Shown piece after piece: positions 60,137-64,000 of a DNA stretch of 64,000 nucleotides. The stretch's first letter is position 1. The number at the start of each line of letters is the position of its first letter. Both the position numbers and the translations under genes were made by a program. The notes under the pieces are model-generated. The model searched no databases. It was given only the letters and a program-made list of their open reading frames with translations, and was not told the DNA's origin. Source of the stretch: an uncultured Chitinophagales bacterium (GTDB lineage Bacteria; Bacteroidota; Bacteroidia; Chitinophagales; JADIYW01); contig CAYYMF010000003.1 in NCBI GenBank assembly GCA_964472755.1, positions 4,706 to 68,705 of the forward strand. The letters run 5' to 3'.

Positions 60137-60174
60137 GTAAAAGCTTAATGAAACGTGTTTCATTAAGCTTTTAC
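60137..60174. terminator. Long perfect hairpin between the SDR gene (+) and trpC (-)
   Basis: GTAAAAGCTTAATGAAAC-GT-GTTTCATTAAGCTTTTAC: an ~17-18-bp perfect palindrome 60 nt after the SDR stop. Confidence 0.6.
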
Positions 60175-60343
60175 AAAACCCCTTACCTATAATGGTTTCA
60201 AGAGAATTTACCAACCATTTTTCAGTACATTAACAAATTATGCATCGTCCTAAAAAAATGTATATCAATTTCAAAATTGATCATAAAGCAAAATTGTATA
60301 AGAACGAATTCTGATATTTTGTTCAGAAGAATATCTTGATTTT

Positions 60344-61126
60344 TTACTTTAATTCTCGAATAAATTCCTTACAAGCTAAAGCGGGCTGCTCTGTTTTCAT
60401 AAAATTTTCTCCAATTAGAAACGCTTCAAAACCATTAGACCTAAAATGTTTTAGTGTATTGATATTAGAGATACCACTTTCTGCAACTTTAATAAAATCT
60501 CTACCTAATTTTTCTGCCATTCGTATGCTCTGTTCTACATCAACTTCAAACGTTTTTAAATTCCTATTGTTAATGCCTACCATATTTACCTTATGGTACA
60601 CATGGTTCAATTCTTCTTCTCCATGTAGTTCTAATAAAACTTCCAAACCTAAATTTTGAGCCAAATCCGTAAACGTTTTTACTTGATGTGGTGTGAGTAT
60701 AGCAGCAATCAATAAAACAATATCTGCTCCCCAATTTTTTGCCTCAATAAATTGGTATTCGTCAACCATAAAATCTTTACGCAACAATGGAATATTCACT
60801 TCATTTCTTGCTTGAATTAAATCATTTTTGCTACCTCCAAAAAAATCAGTATCTGTTAAAATTGAACTTGCTACAACACCAGCACTTTCATAACCTTTTA
60901 CAACTTCAACAACATTTGCTTTATTATTGATTATACCTTTTGAAGGAGATTGTCTTTTAAATTCAGCAATAATTCCTGTACTATTTTCTTGTAGAATATT
61001 CTTAGATACTGAAATCGTATTTCTATTAAAAAAACTTGTTTGTTCTAAATTTCTAATAGAAATATTTGCCTTGGCTTCAGCAATTTCTTCTTTTTTTCTA
61101 CTTACAATTTTATCGAGGATATTCAT
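60344..61126 (-). CDS. trpC: Indole-3-glycerol phosphate synthase
   Basis: 260-aa ORF with IIAEFKRQSPSKG, LRKDF and a TIM-barrel phosphate-binding tail (ESGI, LIGE). Confidence 0.94.
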   Translation of the reverse strand: MNILDKIVSRKKEEIAEAKANISIRNLEQTSFFNRNTISVSKNILQENSTGIIAEFKRQSPSKGIINNKANVVEVVKGYESAGVVASSILTDTDFFGGSKNDLIQARNEVNIPLLRKDFMVDEYQFIEAKNWGADIVLLIAAILTPHQVKTFTDLAQNLGLEVLLELHGEEELNHVYHKVNMVGINNRNLKTFEVDVEQSIRMAEKLGRDFIKVAESGISNINTLKHFRSNGFEAFLIGENFMKTEQPALACKEFIRELK

Positions 61127-61128
61127 AT

Positions 61129-61839
61129 TTATAACTTTGTAATTTTTGGAAGTTCTTGATACTTTTCTATTTTATTATGATGTTTTTGTAATGCAATAAC
61201 AGATGGAAAAGAAGAAGTATCAAAAACATATACTGTTTCTGCAATTTCTAAAGCATTTGGCAATAACTCTAAAGATTTTTTGTATCTACTTTTTATTTTT
61301 TGTTCAGGCACATCGTGTTCTCCTTGTTTTGCTCTTAATTTTACTCTCGCTACATTAACATTCATATCAATTGTATATAAATAATAGAGATAAGTTTTAT
61401 ATCCAAATTGTTTTGCTTTTTTTAGTATATCAACTTTTGACTGATGCGACATTTCCGTTTCAAAACAAAAAGATTGTTTGATTTCAAATAATTTATCTAC
61501 TAAATAAGTTGCCACAAATGATTCGTGATAAGAGTTGATTTCAGCATTTTCTATAGTTAGAATTCCTGATTTAATTTTGCAATTATTCAAAAAAATTGCT
61601 TTATTTTCTATACGTTTGAATAAAGTAGATTGATTGATGTATTTAATAAATTCATCGTGATTGGCTTGAATTCTATATGCAGGAAAATAAAATTGTTTTT
61701 TAGTTCTCAACGTAACTTCAATACTATCTGCACTGATGTATATTTCAGTATGAATGATTTTATCTCGACATAAATCTTTAAATAGTGTAGATTTTCCGGA
61801 GCCATTTGGGCCAGCAAACAGTCGGAATTTCTGTGCCAT
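61129..61839 (-). CDS. Zeta-toxin-like / COG4185-type P-loop kinase-fold protein
   Basis: 236-aa ORF with Walker A GPNGSGKST (residues 10-18), FETEMSH, and RVKLRAKQGEHDVPEQKIKSRY. Its stop lies 2 nt before the trpC ATG. Confidence 0.7.
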   Translation of the reverse strand: MAQKFRLFAGPNGSGKSTLFKDLCRDKIIHTEIYISADSIEVTLRTKKQFYFPAYRIQANHDEFIKYINQSTLFKRIENKAIFLNNCKIKSGILTIENAEINSYHESFVATYLVDKLFEIKQSFCFETEMSHQSKVDILKKAKQFGYKTYLYYLYTIDMNVNVARVKLRAKQGEHDVPEQKIKSRYKKSLELLPNALEIAETVYVFDTSSFPSVIALQKHHNKIEKYQELPKITKL

Positions 61840-61991
61840 TATTTACTTTTTTTATATGGATAAATTTCTTTTATTTTTCCATCTTCAATTACAATTATCG
61901 GTTGATTAAACTTTTTAGCACGCTTAACAACTGTTTTTGCAACGGATTCCAAAACTTTTTCCATTTTTGCTTTTTCAATACTTGCTGTCAT
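61839..61991 (-). CDS. Unlisted 50-aa ORF, candidate antitoxin/partner of the zeta-like protein
   Basis: Manual translation gives MTASIEKAKMEKVLESVAKTVVKRAKKFNQPIIVIEDGKIKEIYPYKKSK. Its TAA overlaps the downstream ATG (TAATG), and it starts 34 nt after the trpD stop. It is below the length cut-off of the track. Confidence 0.5.
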   Translation of the reverse strand: MTASIEKAKMEKVLESVAKTVVKRAKKFNQPIIVIEDGKIKEIYPYKKSK

Positions 61992-62025
61992 ACTTTAAAG
62001 TTAATATTTTATATTGAAATAAGTT

Positions 62026-63012
62026 TTAATTAATTATCAATTTTTCTAAACAAGAAAGTGCTTTTAAACCCAACAAACTTTCTTTAGCTAATGCCACACT
62101 TTCTTCTAAATTTTTATCTGTATAAAGTGAAATACCTAATGCAGCATTGGCAATAACAACATTATTTTGAGCTTCTGTGCCTTTGCCATTTAAGACATTA
62201 AGAAAAATAGTTTTATTACTTTCTATCGAATCTCCACCATAAATTTCAGCTGCTTGTATTTTTTCTGCTCCAAAATCTTTAGGCAAGTAGTAAACATCTT
62301 TATCTTTAGTCGATACGTGTGTTTCTGCTGTTAAAGAAATTTCATCATATCCATCAGTTGCATGAACAACTGCAAAATTGCTTTTAAGTTGCAATAAAAC
62401 ATTTTTATACAAGTTTCCTATAACATCGCTATAAACACCAATCATTTGTATCGTAGGCTCACAAGGATTAGAAAGTGGTCCTAATAAATTAAAAATCGTT
62501 TTAACACCCATTTCTTTTCTCAAAGCTCCGATATTTTTCATCGCAGGATGAAATAATGGTGCGTGTAAAAAGGTAATATTTGCATCGTTTAATTGTTGAT
62601 TCAACACGGTTTCATCGCTAGTAAAAACTACCCCAACTGCTTCTAGAATGTTCGAAGATCCAGATACTGAAGAAGCACTATAATTTCCATGTTTAGCAAC
62701 TTTTACACCAGCACCAGCACATACCAAACAAGCTAATGTAGAAATATTAAAAGTATCTTTTCCATCACCACCAGTTCCAACAATATCAATTACCTTCGTC
62801 TGATGTATGTTGATTTGAAGTGCTTGTTTTAACATCGTATCTCGATATCCAAGCATTTCTTCGGTTGATGGCAATCGCATATTGAGAGCAGACAATAATG
62901 CGGCAGTCTGAATATCGCTGTATTTTTTATTGGTAATATCTTCTACAATTTGACTGGCTTCTGCTCTAGTTAAATAATGTCCAAAATATAATCTATGTAA
63001 TAAATCTTTCAT
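62026..63012 (-). CDS. trpD: Anthranilate phosphoribosyltransferase
   Basis: The track ORF extends to 63075 and overlaps the upstream gene. ATG 63012 (MKDLLHRLYFGHYLTRAEA) is preferred. It has GTGGDG and KHGN motifs. Confidence 0.93.
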   Translation of the reverse strand: MKDLLHRLYFGHYLTRAEASQIVEDITNKKYSDIQTAALLSALNMRLPSTEEMLGYRDTMLKQALQINIHQTKVIDIVGTGGDGKDTFNISTLACLVCAGAGVKVAKHGNYSASSVSGSSNILEAVGVVFTSDETVLNQQLNDANITFLHAPLFHPAMKNIGALRKEMGVKTIFNLLGPLSNPCEPTIQMIGVYSDVIGNLYKNVLLQLKSNFAVVHATDGYDEISLTAETHVSTKDKDVYYLPKDFGAEKIQAAEIYGGDSIESNKTIFLNVLNGKGTEAQNNVVIANAALGISLYTDKNLEESVALAKESLLGLKALSCLEKLIIN

Positions 63013-63016
63013 TGTT

Positions 63017-64000
63017 TTAGGTTTGTAATACGCCCACATTAAATTTTTCAACTGGTGCATTGTTGGCTGCTTCAATGCCCATAGAAATCCATTTTCTAGT
63101 TTCTAGTGGGTCAATTACTGCATCTACCCAAATTCTTGATGCCGCATAATAAGCAGTAGTTGTCGCTTCGTATCTATCTTTTATTTCTTTTAATATTTTA
63201 GCCTTTTCATCTTCAGAAATTTCTTTGCCTTTCGCTTTGATAGAAGCTTCCTGAATTTGTAAGATTACTTTAGATGCTTGATCGCCACCCATTACCGCAA
63301 TTTTAGCTGATGGCCAAGCTACTATCAAACGTGGGTCATACGCTTTTCCGCACATTGCATAATTTCCTGCTCCATAACTATTTCCAGTAACGATAGTAAA
63401 TTTAGGCACTACTGAATTGGAAACAGCATTGACTAATTTTGCACCATCTTTAATAATTCCACCATGTTCACTACGTGAACCAACCATAAAGCCAGTAACA
63501 TCTTGAAGGAATACCAAAGGAATTTTCTTTTGATTGCACAACATAATAAATCGAGCTGCCTTATCTGCACTATCTGAATAAATTACACCGCCGATTTGCA
63601 CCTCTCCTTTTGCACTCTTTACAACATTTCTTTGGTTAGCAACAATACCCACACTCCAACCATCAATTCTAGCATAAGCACAAGTAATTGTTTGTCCATA
63701 TTCTTCTTTATATTCCGTAAATTCAGAATTATCGACCATACGTTTAATAACTTCTCTTACATCATAAGGCTTTCCAGTTGCTGAGGTATAAATACCATAA
63801 ATTTCTTTTTCATTTGCTTTTGGCTTTTTTGATTTTACTCTATCAAAACCAGCAGTTTCAAATTTTCCGTATTTGTCAATTAATTTTTTGATAGTATCTA
63901 AACACTCTTTATCGTCTTTCATTTTATAATCACAAACTCCAGAAATTGCAGTTTGTGTAAATGCACCACCTAAAACTTCTTGTTCCACAGTTTCGCCTAT
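63017..64000 (-). CDS. Acyl-CoA carboxylase carboxyltransferase (beta) subunit, C-terminal part; N-terminus lies beyond the window end
   Basis: The frame is open to position 64000 (...GETVEQEVLGGA...). Carboxyltransferase-domain features are FLQDVTGFMVG, GAGNYAMCG and AASRIWVDAVIDP. Confidence 0.88.
   Translation of the reverse strand: MGETVEQEVLGGAFTQTAISGVCDYKMKDDKECLDTIKKLIDKYGKFETAGFDRVKSKKPKANEKEIYGIYTSATGKPYDVREVIKRMVDNSEFTEYKEEYGQTITCAYARIDGWSVGIVANQRNVVKSAKGEVQIGGVIYSDSADKAARFIMLCNQKKIPLVFLQDVTGFMVGSRSEHGGIIKDGAKLVNAVSNSVVPKFTIVTGNSYGAGNYAMCGKAYDPRLIVAWPSAKIAVMGGDQASKVILQIQEASIKAKGKEISEDEKAKILKEIKDRYEATTTAYYAASRIWVDAVIDPLETRKWISMGIEAANNAPVEKFNVGVLQT

Noticed and set aside
1-64000. 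tRNA, rRNA, tmRNA, RNase P or SRP RNA genes; transposases; integrases; multi-gene defence systems (RM, CBASS, retron, Cas)
   Set aside because: I saw no GC-rich cloverleaf-like segments or conserved RNA motifs in any spacer, and no ORF with the corresponding protein signatures. A tRNAscan/Infernal/HMM pass could still find small RNAs that I cannot detect by eye.

Overview
This 64-kb, low-GC chromosomal segment looks like a Bacteroidota genome, most likely Flavobacteriia-type. Three things support that. Bacteroidota-type -7 promoter boxes (TAnnTTTG) sit 5-60 nt upstream of many start codons. One secreted esterase ends in a T9SS-type C-terminal sorting domain. bshA (bacillithiol synthesis) is present. 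There are about 62 densely packed protein genes on both strands, mostly housekeeping: radA, xth, holB, gltX, thiolase, lptB, recJ, aroB, asnA, bshA, pckA, bcp, a kefC-like antiporter, floA/nfeD, rlmH, class II RNR nrdJ, ligA, miaB, gdhA, a dgt-like gene, leuCD, trpC, trpD and an acyl-CoA carboxyltransferase. I recognised no rRNA, tRNA, CRISPR array, transposase or integrase. A P1B-type metal ATPase (1..1769, minus strand) is absent from the ORF track because it runs off the window. Five points deserve a second look. (i) A zeta-toxin-like P-loop protein plus an unlisted 50-aa ORF are wedged between trpD and trpC. (ii) In a vapBC-like module, one A->T change appears to have removed the antitoxin stop and created a stop at toxin codon 2. 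(iii) Three further genes are decayed: a GH16 gene with TGG->TAG, a small membrane protein with two in-frame TGA codons at Trp-like positions, and a 3' remnant of a Crp-family regulator. (iv) Five 7-4-7 palindromes (GTTCGTG-N4-CACGAAC) form an array between an L,D-transpeptidase-like gene and dgt. (v) An orphan HsdR_N-type PD-(D/E)xK gene sits where the 5' part of the Crp-family gene should be, in a plus-strand block that separates leuCD from trpC. I did not find a multi-gene system that I can confidently call new. The candidates are small, and their functional interpretations are inference.
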